A DNA stretch of 64,000 nt from Antechinus flavipes (GCF_016432865.1 NC_067399.1:550808001-550872000), one strand, 5' to 3'; counted from the first letter of the stretch, positions 1 through 11,574 are shown. Translations and numbers: made by a program. The notes: generated from the sequence alone by a model not told the origin.

Positions 1-233
1 ACAAAAATAAGGAAAAGTTTCACAAAATAATATATTATAAAATAGATATAAATTTCTAAGGAATGAAATTTTTTAAACTTGTTTTTAAACAGAGTTGTAT
101 AGATTATTATTAACATATTGCTATATGAAAGTCTTCAGATACTTAGAGCAGAAAAGGAGGGAAAGTGATGAATTACACAAATTGCCAAACTCAGATTCTA
201 CAAGCTGAAAATTCTAGTGCTTTGGCAACTTAC

Positions 234-292
234 TTGTTAAATGAAAGCTCTTTATTTGTTCATCTTGATTTATTGTACTCCTGGGAAGATTT
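234..292 (-). CDS. Candidate internal exon of an unidentified gene, 59 bp (NLPRSTINQDEQIKSFHLT)
   Basis: Minus strand: branch-like GCTAAT, acceptor ctctctgtattcattccAG, donor AA|GTAAGT. Only one frame is open (phase 2 to phase 1). No homologue recognised. Confidence 0.3.
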
Positions 293-708
293 CTGGAATG
301 AATACAGAGAGCTTTTCTGTTGATTAGCCTTGTAGCTTTGGACTGAATGTGGATTTAAAAGTTAAAGCTTTTCATTCCAGGTTTTACATAACATGTCCTT
401 TTTCATTATTTATTAAGTGGAACTTTCTCTTCCAAGAAAGGTTTTGAAGATGCATTATTCTACATATATATGACACAGTGAGCTCATTAGATGTTGTTAC
501 ATATTGAAAATTCTTCTTACATATATTTTTCCCTTCAAGGGAAGGAAAGTCTGGAGACTTTTTTTTAAAACAAGAAAAATGTAAAAATTTGAAATAGATT
601 ACTATGATAATTAATTAGACTATTAAGGATGTTATTTAATATCACCACTAATAAATACACTGTCAATCTTGAGTAGAATGATAATTAGAAATTATTTTTT
701 CATTCCAG

Positions 709-763
709 AAAACCAGTAGAGTTTTCTGCAGGGCCAAGATACAGCAGAGCTCCCTCCTAACAA
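709..763 (+). CDS. Candidate exon, 55 bp (KTSRVFCRAKIQQSSLLT)
   Basis: Acceptor attattttttcattccAG, donor CAA|GTAAGC, one frame fully open. No homologue recognised. Confidence 0.2.
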
Positions 764-1104
764 GTAAGCTTAGGCTCAGCCCAGCTGGTATTTCTTAAAG
801 GTGTTAGTAAGTACTTAACACTTCATACAATCCTTCCTAGGATGGCTGTAGGGCAGCTCTGAACCTCTAAAAAAGGTGCTAAACTTTCATTAACAACTTG
901 TAATAGAAACGCAATTCTTAGGAGCAAGTCCTAAAGCCCGGCTTCAAGTATTTACCCTTCAGTTATTAGAAAGGAGTGAAAAAAATGCAAATTAATGATA
1001 TCCAATTAAAATGGCTTCAGCTTAGTATAATAACAGCAAAGGAAATTTTAATGGATATAGAAAAAAAAAAACAAATAGTAAAAGTAAAAATGCTTGTTGA
1101 TGAT

Positions 1105-1305
1105 TATAATAGCTAACTTTTATACAGCACTTATTATGTGCCAAGCACTGTGCTAAGTGCTTCAAAACATTTCATTTGATCCTTACAACAACCCTGGGAG
1201 GCAAGTACTATTATTACTCTCATTTACAGTTAAAAGATTTAACAGAGGTCATGCTGCTAGTAAATGTCTGAGACTGGATTTGAATTTAGGTCTTCCTAGT
1301 TCAGT
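1105..1305 (-). mobile_element. MIR SINE
   Basis: Reverse MIR motifs aatagctaac..tgtgccaagcactgtgctaag..cttacaacaaccctgggagg..ggatttgaatttaggtcttcct. Confidence 0.85.
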
Positions 1306-1464
1306 TACTGTGGGTAACAAGTGGTTTTGTTATTTGAACATATATCAAAAGAATATATAAAATGGTGTTATCTACTAGATTTTTTCCCTAAGTATGTGAC
1401 CATTATTTGAACTTGAAGTCTCTATCTTGAATAGAACAAACTAGCAGCTGTTCTGAAATAAATC

Positions 1465-2187
1465 TATAAACATTTATTGACATTTATTTATTATGTTCCA
1501 GGCATTGTGATAAGCGTTGCGGGGCTGTGAGGGAGAAGGGGAGAAAGGAGAGAAGGAGGGAAAGAGGGAGACAGAAAGAGACAGAAAGACAGAGAAAGAG
1601 CGAGCCAGAGCCAGAGACAGAGATAGACAGAGAGACAGAGACACAAGAGACACAGCAACAGTTCCTGCCTTCAAGGAGCTTACATTCTAATGGCAGAGTG
1701 GGGGAGAAGGGAAACAACCTAACATATAGGTATAATATACCTATCTATATGTTATACACAGAATATTTACAAAATCAAAACAAGATAGATGTATGAAAAA
1801 GTAAACTTAGCTGGATCATTGGATTCAAAAAGAGGAATGGTGTAAAAAGATTGGAAAGGTGGGAAAGGGTCAGAATTTAAAGCCTTAAATACCAAACAGG
1901 ATTTTACATTTGATCCTAGAGGTAATAGGAAGCCACTGGAATTTACTGAGATGGGGAAGGGATGGTTAGACTTGCACTTTAAGAAACTTACTTTGGCAAC
2001 TATGTGGAGAATAAAGTGAAGTAGGGAGAGGTATAAGGCAGGAAGACCAATTAGACCAATAAGTGCTGGCTATTGCTGTAGCCAGGTATCACCTGGATAA
2101 TGAGGTTGTGAACCAGGACAGTGGTTATAGGACTGGAAGCACCTGACTGTATATGTGGGCTGAGGGAGAGTTAAGAATGGAGGTCAG
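1465..2187 (-). mobile_element. L2 LINE 3' region, interrupted by a purine simple repeat
   Basis: Reverse L2 tail acatttattga..ccaggcattgtg..cctgccttcaaggagcttacattctaat followed by typical L2 purine-rich body. Confidence 0.8.
1531..1655. repeat. (GA/GAGACA)n low-complexity purine tract
   Basis: Direct reading. It explains ORFs 1474-1674, 1484-1717 and 1527-1796. Confidence 0.9.
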
Positions 2188-2679
2188 ATTCAGCACTCCA
2201 CTGAATGCTGGTGCCATCATCTTGCCTCCCCTTTTCCCTCAGGATCCCCATTGAGCCCTTGTACCTACAGGCTCTGCCTCTTGTCAGTCTGAGGCAGCTT
2301 CAGAAAATGAGACCTCCATCCTTTTGTGCCAAATGAATTTGTGCCAAATGGGATGACTGCTTGAGGGGGGAATGATGTAATGTGATTTGGGGGTCCCCTG
2401 ACCTTGGGGCTTCTGTTCTAATAAGTCCTTGGTCTTCTGGTTTTGCAATCTGTCTCAGGAAACTGAGCATATCCAATCTATCTGAAGACCACCCTTAATT
2501 CATTTGGAGATTACTTCCTAGCTTTATCCTTGGGGCATAGAATTAACATATCTATGATTGAAAGCTGTGTATCTCCTTGTTTCAGTCTCTTTACTGGATT
2601 CTCTTAGAATTCAGTATGCTCAATAATGGGGTCACATTGCTTTTAATAAAATCTTTACCCCTTGACTAGGAAAAAAAAA
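2188..2679 (+). mobile_element. Processed (polyadenylated) copy of an ERV1-like transcript 3' end: pre-LTR sequence, PPT, U3-R, poly(A)
   Basis: TSD aagaatggaggtcag at 2173-2187 and 2680-2694. PPT gaggggggaa 2363-2372 followed by TG. AATAAA 2645-2650, poly(A) from 2671. The pre-PPT motif cttgtcagtctgaggcagcttcagaaaatgagacc resembles ERV1 3' ends. Confidence 0.7.
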
Positions 2680-2694
2680 AAGAATGGAGGTCAG

Positions 2695-2803
2695 GGGCAA
2701 ATAGCTGGTACAGTGGATAGAACAATGACCTTTGATCTCAGATGCTAGCTATGTCTAGGCAAGTCATTAACCCCCATTACCTCAAAAAAAAAAAAAAAAA
2801 AAG
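2695..2803 (+). mobile_element. WSINE1-like short tRNA-derived SINE with internal deletion
   Basis: ggggc..agctggtacagtggatagaac..ctaggcaagtcattaacccccattacctc plus A-tail. Confidence 0.75.
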
Positions 2804-2804
2804 T

Positions 2805-3600
2805 AGAGATTAACATCCAAGTTTGCAAATCTAAGTGGCAAGATAGCGATGTTCTTGCCAGTAATGGGTTAGTTTAGGGAAGAGGTGGGTTTGGGAAAGA
2901 AAGTCCTGTTTTTGATATATTGAGTGTGAGATACCTCTAAGATCGCCAGTTCTAAATATCTAATAACTGGTTTATGATGTAGGATTGGAAGACAGGAGAG
3001 ATTTAGATGGATCCTGGAGTCATTTGCATGGAGATGGTAATTGAGCCTGTGGGAACTGATGAGGTCACCAAGTGAGATCCGTAAAGAAAAAGGAGAAGAG
3101 GGCTCAATATAGAGCTTTGGGGACATACTCACTGTAAAGTGTGATACAAATGAAATGAAGAATGAGAGATTGAGGAAAGGTCAGACCCAAGCCCAACCAG
3201 GAGAGAATAGTGTTTTGAAAACCCAAGAGGAGAGAAGGCAGTTGCAACAGAGTCAAATGCTACAGAGTGGTCAAGAAGGATAAGGCCATTAAATTCAGAA
3301 ATTTGATGATCAGTAACTTTGAAGAGGTCAGTTTCAGTTTAAGGGGAGAAACCATATTTCACAGGCTTTAAAAGAAAGCGAGAAGAAAAGAAATAGAGGT
3401 ACTGAATGTAAATGACTTTTGCAAGGAGTTTAGCAGAGAAAGGAAAAAATAAAGGGTGATAATTATCAGGGATGATGGGATCTACAGAAAGTTTTTAAAG
3501 TTCGAGGTGGAGAACTAGGGCATACCTGTAAGTAGCAGAGAAGGAGAGACAAGAGCAAGGTATTCCAGAAATTCCAGAAAATAGATCAGGATGTGAGATA
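2805..3600 (-). mobile_element. L2 LINE, continuation
   Basis: L2 motifs gatatattgagtgtgagatacct..ggatcctggagtcatttgcatggagatggtaattgagcc..gatcagtaactttgaagaggtcagtttcagt. Confidence 0.8.
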
Positions 3601-4879
3601 ACTAGCTAGGAGAAAAAAAGCTGTTAGATGCTAGAAAAGGCTTTAAGTGTAGAAGTGGTAAATCTCCCCAATATGCTTGTGTTATAGCTGTAAAAGTGAA
3701 ATAAATTTTTATGAGTCTGGATTATATGACATCATTTAAAATTTTTTGTTACTTTTTTGTCAGATTTAAACTCTATTGAGTTATTCATTAAACTAGTTTA
3801 GAATGTTGTGAACTTTATATTACAAAAATTATAAGTATTATGTACATATTTAGTTAAATTAATATGAGTATAAAGTAATACATATTATAGGTAATGCCTA
3901 TAATAAAGCATCATTCACATTAATTATAATTTTTATAATAATTATATATTATGGATATATATACTTGACTAATAATGGAAACTTTATGTAAGCCTTAAAA
4001 CATTATATAAATATTAGCTTTTATTATTATTCATCAAGTTACAAAGGAAATCTTTCTCCAGTTTCCATTGTATAGAAAAAAAAAGGTAAGGAGGGGAATC
4101 CTATAGAATGAAAACAGATACATGACTAAATCAGCCATCATCAAAATTGTTAAAATGTTGGAAGTTTACTATTGAAATTTACTCTTAGAACATATTTCCT
4201 CATTCTCCTGAGTAGCCATGTTTTAATTAGTCCTCTCAAATTCTAACCTTGTTTATCTTCATCCTAATTTCCTTAAGAGATTTTGTAAAACTACATGTAT
4301 AGAAACCAACATTTACAGTCAGTGACAGATATGTTGGCTACACCTGTCTTAACACTGGCAGACACAAAAAGGAGGATGAGTAATATTAGCAGACATTCTT
4401 GCATGTATTTTCAGCCATGTCTAGGAAACTCCTATCAGAAATGTCTGTTAATAGAATGTTTAATAGAATGTGGCCCTATAGGTGCATGTGTCTGATTGTC
4501 TAGTTAATTAATTTCAAAGTTATCTTGCTATTATTTGCAGAATTTTCTAAGTTACCATATATAAGAAGAGTTAAGTAATTAAGTATTTACAGAAGAGCAA
4601 ATGAAACTCCCAAAAAAAGGCTAGAGCTATTTCAAAACTACAATATCATTTTTGTTTTATTTGCTATTTGGACAAAACAACATCTTATCAAAAAGAACAA
4701 ACACACTATCACTATTCTGCCTAATATACATACTTTTCTGATGATTCTATATCTCTTAGTTTGAAAGATGAATTCCAGATTATTAATTGTTCCCATAAAT
4801 AAAGGCAACATTACTCTTGACCGAACTATTTTATTCAGAAATTAACAAAATATTGTAGAGGTATGAGGTCACTATATGT

Positions 4880-4971
4880 ATGAGGTCACCAAGTGAGATC
4901 CGTAGAGAAAAAGGAGAAGAAAGCTCAATATAGAACCTTGGGGACATGCTCACTATAAAGTGTGATACAAA
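4880..4971 (+). repeat. 92-bp direct local copy of 3059-3150
   Basis: Ungapped hand alignment gives 7 mismatches in 92 bp. Preceded by the stutter gtatgaggtcac-tatat-gtatgaggtcac. Confidence 0.9.
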
Positions 4972-4998
4972 AGTATATAAATATATGCATATTTATAC

Positions 4999-5028
4999 CT
5001 TTAACTCAAAAACAATGATATGAAGAAG
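4999..5028 (-). CDS. Candidate 30-bp micro-exon (LLHIIVFELK)
   Basis: Long pyrimidine tract ttttgttttttactttcatgtAG, donor AAG|GTATAA, single open frame, phase 0/0. Could be a chance poly-T tract. Confidence 0.2.
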
Positions 5029-5964
5029 CTACATGAAAGTAAAAAACAAAAAACAAAAGACATTTTGCATGTGGTTCCTTTTTGAAACCAACGTGTCTCA
5101 CAATTTAAAGAAAATATGTCTGACTTTTGTTTTATTTCAGGCATTTTATGCTGTTTGAACTTTTCAGTTGTTTTCATATTCACATCCTCCTGCCATTTAA
5201 GAATGTGGTGTTCCTTTCTTGTTCATGCTTACTAGGATTTAATACACAGGAGCCTACCCATTGAATATTGATTTATGGCCTTGGGGGTTTTCCAGAGGGG
5301 GAAAGCCTTAGTCCATTCCCTTAGCTTTTCATTGCAAATGGATACTTCTCTCTAGTTAAAATTGGATATTTCTCTCAAGTTTGAGTTGTAGATTATGATT
5401 TAACATTTTGTTGAGAACAGGGAGTACACAGATATATGAAGTATAGAGACAGACACTGTTTCAATGGGTTTATAATCTAAATAAAGAAAAGAAAGCTTTA
5501 GACCAGAGACAGCAAGGTTATTTTTTTCTCTTTCTCCTTCCAAATATGCTGCTTATTTGGGCAGAGACTTGGAGCTGGGAAATACAGTTGTTAGACTTTC
5601 TGATTCAAGGTTATAATCATAAGCATGCCAAAATACAGATTGTAAATAAATGAGGTGAAAAACCTGGTGAAAATAACAAATAATCCAAACAGCTATTCAT
5701 AGGTAAAAATAGTGGTTATGCTTCCTTTTTCTGTATTCCCCCACTCTGTCTCAGAGAAGGTGAGATAGAGCACAAATTTCTAAGAGAATAGCCTTAGGTA
5801 TGAAATCCGTCTGGGCTATATTAAGAAACACTGCAGCAGATAGTCATGCAGTCCTCACTGTATATTGTCAGAAACAATCAATGCAAAACCTCCTATGTAC
5901 TTATAAGAAATCTTTTTATTGCTGCAATCTGTGTCCTGAAGCAACCATATCAGGACATTGTTCC

Positions 5965-6120
5965 ATAGTAGCAAATGGAGCGGGATTGACCTTAATTCAA
6001 AACTTAGGTCTTGGATAAGTCACTTCCCCTCTGAGCTTCTGTTTCTTCATCTGTAAAGTAAAGGGAATTGATTTAGATGATCTCTAAATTCTCTTCCAGC
6101 TTTAAATCTATGATGCCATC
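5965..6120 (+). mobile_element. MIR/MIR3 core
   Basis: ttggataagtcacttcccctctgagcttctgtttcttcatctgtaaagt..tagatgatctctaa..ttccagctttaaatctatgat. Confidence 0.85.
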
Positions 6121-6289
6121 ATTGTAAGTATGGGGATATTTTCATGTTTGGTACCTGAACGGAAGTGGACAAAATTTAGAGCCAATGTAGCACTATAAAA
6201 GTGATTAGTACAGCCTCCACAATGAATTAAAAAGTATGGAACTTCAGTCAGATTTTTTTTTCTGTTATTTCTCTTTGTAAATGAAGGAC

Positions 6290-6500
6290 AAACAATGACA
6301 ATTATTTACCTGGCATTATGCTAAGCACTTTTACAAATATCTCATTTGAAACTCACAACAATCCTGTAAATTAAGTACTATTATAATTCCCATTTTAGAG
6401 CTGAAGAAATTGATTCAAACTGAAGTTAAATAATTTGCCTAAAGTCACCTAATTAGTGTCTAATGTCAGATATGAAGTCAGGTTGTTAATTCCAGTCAGG
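6290..6500 (-). mobile_element. MIR SINE
   Basis: ggcattatgctaagcacttttacaaatatctcatttgaaactcacaacaatcctg..cccattttagagctgaagaaattga. Confidence 0.85.
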
Positions 6501-6989
6501 TCCAAAAATGGTTCAATCCAGCTGCCTCTGGAAGGATAAGTATTGTTGGACTTTTGATTTCATTATTTAGGGAACTCTCAGATACAGAAACTCCTTCTAT
6601 AAATTCAGGTTGCACCTTCTTAAACCTTATAATCATTTTAAGGAAACATCATTTAGGTATAGTCCAAACAAAAGTATATGGACATTTAATTTGGTAATAG
6701 AATCAAAAACTTATTTTTTCCCCCCTTTTGTTACTGGTAGCTGTATCATTCAACACAGTACAGGAACTATTTGTGGGTCAAGGTTATAGGTTTTAATTCA
6801 GAGGTATAGTTGTACTTTAGTGACCAAGACAGGCCATTGGAAGTTTATAATTTTTAAAAACAAATTCTGGGGACTTTTGAAAAAATTGGCTTACTCAAGA
6901 ACCTTAAATCATGTGAATATTAAATTATTAACCTCACTTAAGTTCATTTTACTGAATGCTTCTAACCCACTTTCCATTTTAATTTATAG

Positions 6990-7580
6990 AAAACAATATG
7001 GTAGAAGGAGACTAAAGAAAGATTTCTCCAGCTTGTCAGATTCCATAAATTCTTTCTTTCAACTATATGCTTGGGATGTATATTAATGTATAATGCTTTC
7101 TCAGTAGAAGGAAAATGTGACCAGTTGTCTTTTGTGCTTTTGTGTGGAAAGAACAAATGTGGTTGCTTTTTAGGCAAGATCCTTTCTATAAGAAGTTTCT
7201 TCATATTGCTTCACATAAAGTAGGTACTTGACTCCAGAATGATGCTGAAGCCTGCCTGATAAAAGACACATATTTCCAGCATCTACTGAATAGACAACTA
7301 TTGAATGAATAGACAACTTTAAGAATAGGTAGATGAATGAAGCTATGTATTTGAAGTACCACAGTCCTGTAACAGTCTTCTATATTCATCTGAAGAATTC
7401 CAAAGCTGTGAATTACCAGACACTAAAAATAATAATGATTTTAACACTGATAATCATCACTGATAACTGATTCCTAAAACCATCAGCATAATTAACTTAT
7501 TTGTAAATTTTTACCTAAGAGAGCTAACAATTGTTTGTTAGAATCTCACACTGAGAGAAATAAAGTTTCAGGATTTTTTA
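6990..7580 (+). other. Candidate 3'-terminal exon / 3' UTR
   Basis: Canonical 3' splice site: branch point TCTAAC 6961-6966, pyrimidine tract, TAG at 6987-6989. All frames stop soon after. The following ~600 bp are repeat-free, with AATAAA at 7559-7564. Confidence 0.25.
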
Positions 7581-7834
7581 GCCCAAATAACATGAAAAGT
7601 GTTCATTTTTAGTGTGATCTTACAGTTGCTAAATTTACCAAAAATGTTATAAATGTTACATAACAACCATTCTAAGAAATCAAATATATTGAAGGTTATT
7701 GGCCTTTCCTAATTTTAATTCAAATAATAGCAGTTTTGGAAATGAAACTAAGAATTCCTAAGAATTTCATCATACTCAGAACACGATTCATTCCATCTAC
7801 TCACTCTACTGATAATCCTGCCATTAAATTAAAC

Positions 7835-8048
7835 TACCTTTAAATAACTGATGTGATATTGAATTGGACTTGGAACCAGAAGAACTCAGTTTGGATTCCT
7901 CTTACACATATATCCCTGCTGTGTGATCTGGTAAATCATATCTCTTTTCTAGGACTCAGTTTCCTCATCTATTAAAAAGAAAAGGGTAAACTAGATGATC
8001 TTTTCTAGGAGTGAATCTATGATCTATGATCTATGATGTTATGATCCC
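7835..8048 (+). mobile_element. MIR/MIR3 SINE with (CTATGAT)n tail
   Basis: ggacttggaaccagaagaactcagtttgg..ctcagtttcctcatctatt..ctagatgatc..ctatgatctatgatctatgat. Confidence 0.85.
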
Positions 8049-8258
8049 AAAAAGGATGCAATAAAATATTAAAGAGGATGTTCAGAAAATGGGACATTTT
8101 GTTTAATTTAAGCTTCTCCAAAACCTGATATTAACCAAAAGGCCTTTTTTTTCTTTTGGTTACAAATAGAAAATCTTTGAAGAATTGAAAAATAGGTTAT
8201 ACTTTTATAGTATACTATAATAAAAAAGTTCATTATTTGATCTACATCATTATCTTAC

Positions 8259-8289
8259 ACTGCATCATCATTCTGAACATCAATTTTCT
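8259..8289 (-). CDS. Candidate 31-bp micro-exon (KIDVQNDDA)
   Basis: Acceptor ttatctttttgcatattactattcAG, donor AGT|GTAAGA, two frames open. No homologue recognised. Confidence 0.25.
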
Positions 8290-8715
8290 CTGAATAGTAA
8301 TATGCAAAAAAGATAACCACAGGCATCCTTGAAGGTCTTAATATGTATACATGTGTATGTGTACACATATTTTTTGAAGCAGGTTTGTTTTTGTTTTTAT
8401 GTGATTTTCCTCTTTCATTCTAAAGTTAATTGAAGAAAACCATTCTTGCTCATTAAAGATTTCATTAGCTGATTTGTGGTTAATCAAGGACTTATTTATA
8501 CATAAAAACAATGAAAGTATTTTGGAAGAATGATTTTATGTTAGTCCAATTTATCATTTTGCTTTATAATTTGGATAAAATGTGATAATATTAAGAGTAC
8601 GGGCCTTAACCGTAATGCATTGTTCATAGAATTGTAAACTGATACAATCATTCTGCAGAGCAATTTAGAACTCTACTCAAAGGATTGTACATATCCTTTT
8701 AGGGTTTTCCCCCAC

Positions 8716-9244
8716 TTAATAGTATTTGTTTTTTCCCCAATGACATGTGAAGATAATTTCAACATTCACTTTTATGAGATCCTGAATTCCGAATTTTTCT
8801 CCCTTTCTTTTCTCTTCCCTCCTCAAGATAATAAGAAATCTGATATAGGTTATACATGTACAATTATATTAATCATATTTCTCATTAGTCATGTTTGTGA
8901 AAGAAGAATCAGAACAAAAAGAAAAAAATATGAGAAAGGGAAAAAAAAGTGAAAATAGTAAGCTTCAATCTGCATTCATAATCCATAATTTCTTTCTCTG
9001 GATGTAAACAGCATATATAAACATATAAACATCATGAGTCTTTTGGAATTGTCTTGGATTATTATATTGTTGAGAAGAATGAAGTTTATCATAGTTGATC
9101 ATCATACAACGTTGCTGTTACTATTTACAATGTTCTCCTGGTTCTGCTTAGTATCAGTTCATGTAAATCCAGGTTTTTCTGAAATCTATCTGCTCATCAT
9201 TTCTTATAGCATAACAGCATTCCATAGTATTGTGTATACCCTTC
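8716..9244 (-). mobile_element. L1 3' end, 5'-truncated; its last 74 bp are repeated at 10341-10414
   Basis: Reverse marsupial L1 3' UTR gataatttcaacattcactttt..catagttgatcatcatacaacgttgctgtt..ttctcctggttctgctt. The two 74-bp copies differ at 5 positions. Confidence 0.85.
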
Positions 9245-10335
9245 AACTATTTAAACACATTATTTGAGAATGGGTCTATGATCCCACAAAAGTTAAGAAC
9301 CCTAGAACTTAATCTTTTTTTTATTTTATTAATGCTTTTTATTTACAAAACATATACATGGATAATTTTTCAGCATTGACCCTTGCAAAACTTTGTTCCA
9401 AATTTTTCCCTCCTTCCTCTTCTCCTAGATGGCAGGTAGTCTAATATATGTTAAATATGTTAAAAAATGTTAAATTCTTGCTGCACAAGAAAAATCAAGT
9501 AAAGAAGGGGGGAAAAACATGAGAAAGAAAACAAAATGCAAGCAAATATCAACATATGCTATGCTATGCTTCACAGTCAGTTCCCACAGGCCTCTCTTTG
9601 GGTGTAGATGGCTCTCTTCATCACTGAACAATTGGAACTGGTTTGAATCATCTCATTGTTGAAGAGAACCACGTCCATCAGAATTGATTATCATTGCAGT
9701 GTATAGTGATCTTCTGCTCATTTCACTCAGCATCAGTTCATTCAGGTCTCTCCAGGCCTTTCTGAAATCATCCTGTTGGTCATTTCTTATTGAACAATAA
9801 TATTCCATAACATTCATATACCACAATTTACTCAGCCATTCTCCAATTGATGGGCATCCACTCATTTTCCAGTTTTTAACCACTACAAAAAGATCTGCCA
9901 CAAACATGTGGGTCCCTTTTCCTTCTTTAATATCTCTTTGGGATATAAGCCCAGTAGAAACACTGCTGGGTCAAAGGGTGTAGACAGTTTGATAACTTTT
10001 TGAGCCTAGAACTTGATAATCTTTAAGGTCTCTTCCAGTTTTAAATCCTGTGATCCTAAAGCATTCCTTTCTTATCAAAAAGAAGAGATAAGGCATGTAC
10101 ATAAATAATTATAGTTCAAGGCAGAATCTGACATACTATCAGAGACATTCAAAATACAAGAGAGATTTTATTTTCTTCTATATGAAAATGCTTGGTGCAC
10201 TGACAATGATAAGGTGCATATTACAGCATTTGCTGCAGTCCAGAAAGCCTTCTTTTCCATTCCTCACTAGCAACAGGTCTAAACAGAAGAGTCATAGCAA
10301 TCAACTAACACCTTTTGACAAATATGTTAGACATA
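9240..10335 (-). repeat. Inverted copy of 11300-11704, in two pieces (9240-9317 and 10015-10335)
   Basis: Hand alignment to the reverse complement of 11300-11704, about 85-92% identical with small indels, e.g. ttcctttcttatcaaaaagaagagataaggcatgtac and aacaccttttgacaaatatg. Confidence 0.9.
9311..10004 (-). mobile_element. Younger L1 3' end inserted into the inverted copy
   Basis: Poly-T start, reverse ORF2 C-terminus (ORF 9653-9907), TSD cctagaactt at 9301-9310 and 10005-10014. Confidence 0.9.
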
Positions 10336-11574
10336 AGTCTAGGTTTTTTTGAAATCTATCTGCTTATCATTTCTTATAGTATAACAGCATTCCACAGTAT
10401 TGTGTATACACTTCTAGAGCTGTATCCCATGACATAAAATAAAAGGAGAAAGGACCCACATATACCAAAAAATATTTACAGTAGCTTTTGTGATGGTAAA
10501 GAATTGAAAATTGAGGGGATAACCATCAGTTGGAGAATGGCAGAACAAATTTATACAACTGTGACAGAATACTATTGTACTATTAGAAATGATTAAAGGA
10601 TAGCTTCAAAAATAAAAAAGGGCAACATCTATATGAACCTATGCAAAGTGAAGTAAGCAGAACCAGGAGAATATTAAACACAGTAACAGCAATATATGTA
10701 TGACAATCAGTGAATGACTTAGCTCTTCTCAGCAATACAGTGATCAAAGACAATTCTGAAGGTCTTATGAAAAATATTATCTACTTCTAAAAAGAACTGA
10801 GTGAGTCTGAATGAAGTTCAAAACATACTTAAAATTTTTTTTTGGTCTGTGTTTTCTTTTGTAATATAATTAATGTGGAAATATACTTTGTATGACTGTT
10901 TGCACATATATAGTATCTATCAAATTACTTGCCTTTTCAATAAGAGGGGAGAGAAAGGAAGGAGGGAGAGAAGTTAGAACTCACAGTTTTAAAAACTGAA
11001 TGTTATCAATGGTTTTTACATGTAACTGAGAAAAAATTTAAATTTTAAAAGAGTACAGATCTTAGCCAAGTGTATTATTGTAAACTATTGATGGGACTTA
11101 AGTCTCAGAAAACATGAGAAACTATCTAGAAAAACAAATTGTTGCCAAGATTTTATTCCCAATTAGTAAAATTTTTAATAAATATAAGCTGAAAAGATTT
11201 TTAAAAATTGTTTTCATATTTGCCTTAGTTCTGTTTTCAGAGCTCTGTCCTTGTTTATAAGTGGGGCAATCAGATCAATAAATTGCATTATCAAACAGAA
11301 TGTCTGACATATTTGTCAAAAGGTGTTGTTGGTTACAATGATTCTTCCATTTAGAGCTGTTGCTAGTGGGGAATGAAAAAGAGAGCATTCTGGCCTGCAG
11401 CAATATGTGTTCCTTATCATTTTCAGTTCACCAAGCATTTTCATACAAAAGAAATTAAGGTAAAACCCCCTTGTACTTTGAATGTCTCTGATGTCAGATT
11501 CTGCTTTGAACTCTAATTATTTCTGTACATGCCTTATCTCTTCTTTTTGATAAGAAAGGAATGGTGTCTTCCTT

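Larger units (their letters stand above)
8615..11045 (+). mobile_element. Older L1 (ORF2 end and 3' UTR) split into 8615-8715 and 10411-11045 by nested insertions
   Basis: gaattgtaaactgatacaatcattctgcagagcaatttagaac..catatcctttt resumes as cacttctagagctgtatcccat..ggacccacatatacc..3' UTR. Short shared cactt at both breaks. Confidence 0.75.

Noticed and set aside
7516-7551. Minus-strand segment with a strong acceptor and a GTAAAA donor
   Set aside because: Stop codons in all three frames within 36 bp, and it overlaps the plus-strand poly(A) region. No support as a coding exon.
8716-11045. Head-to-head L1 arrangement read as a twin-priming 5' inversion
   Set aside because: Both arms contain 3' UTR sequence of different subfamilies, and the plus-strand arm continues 8615-8715, so this is nesting of two elements.
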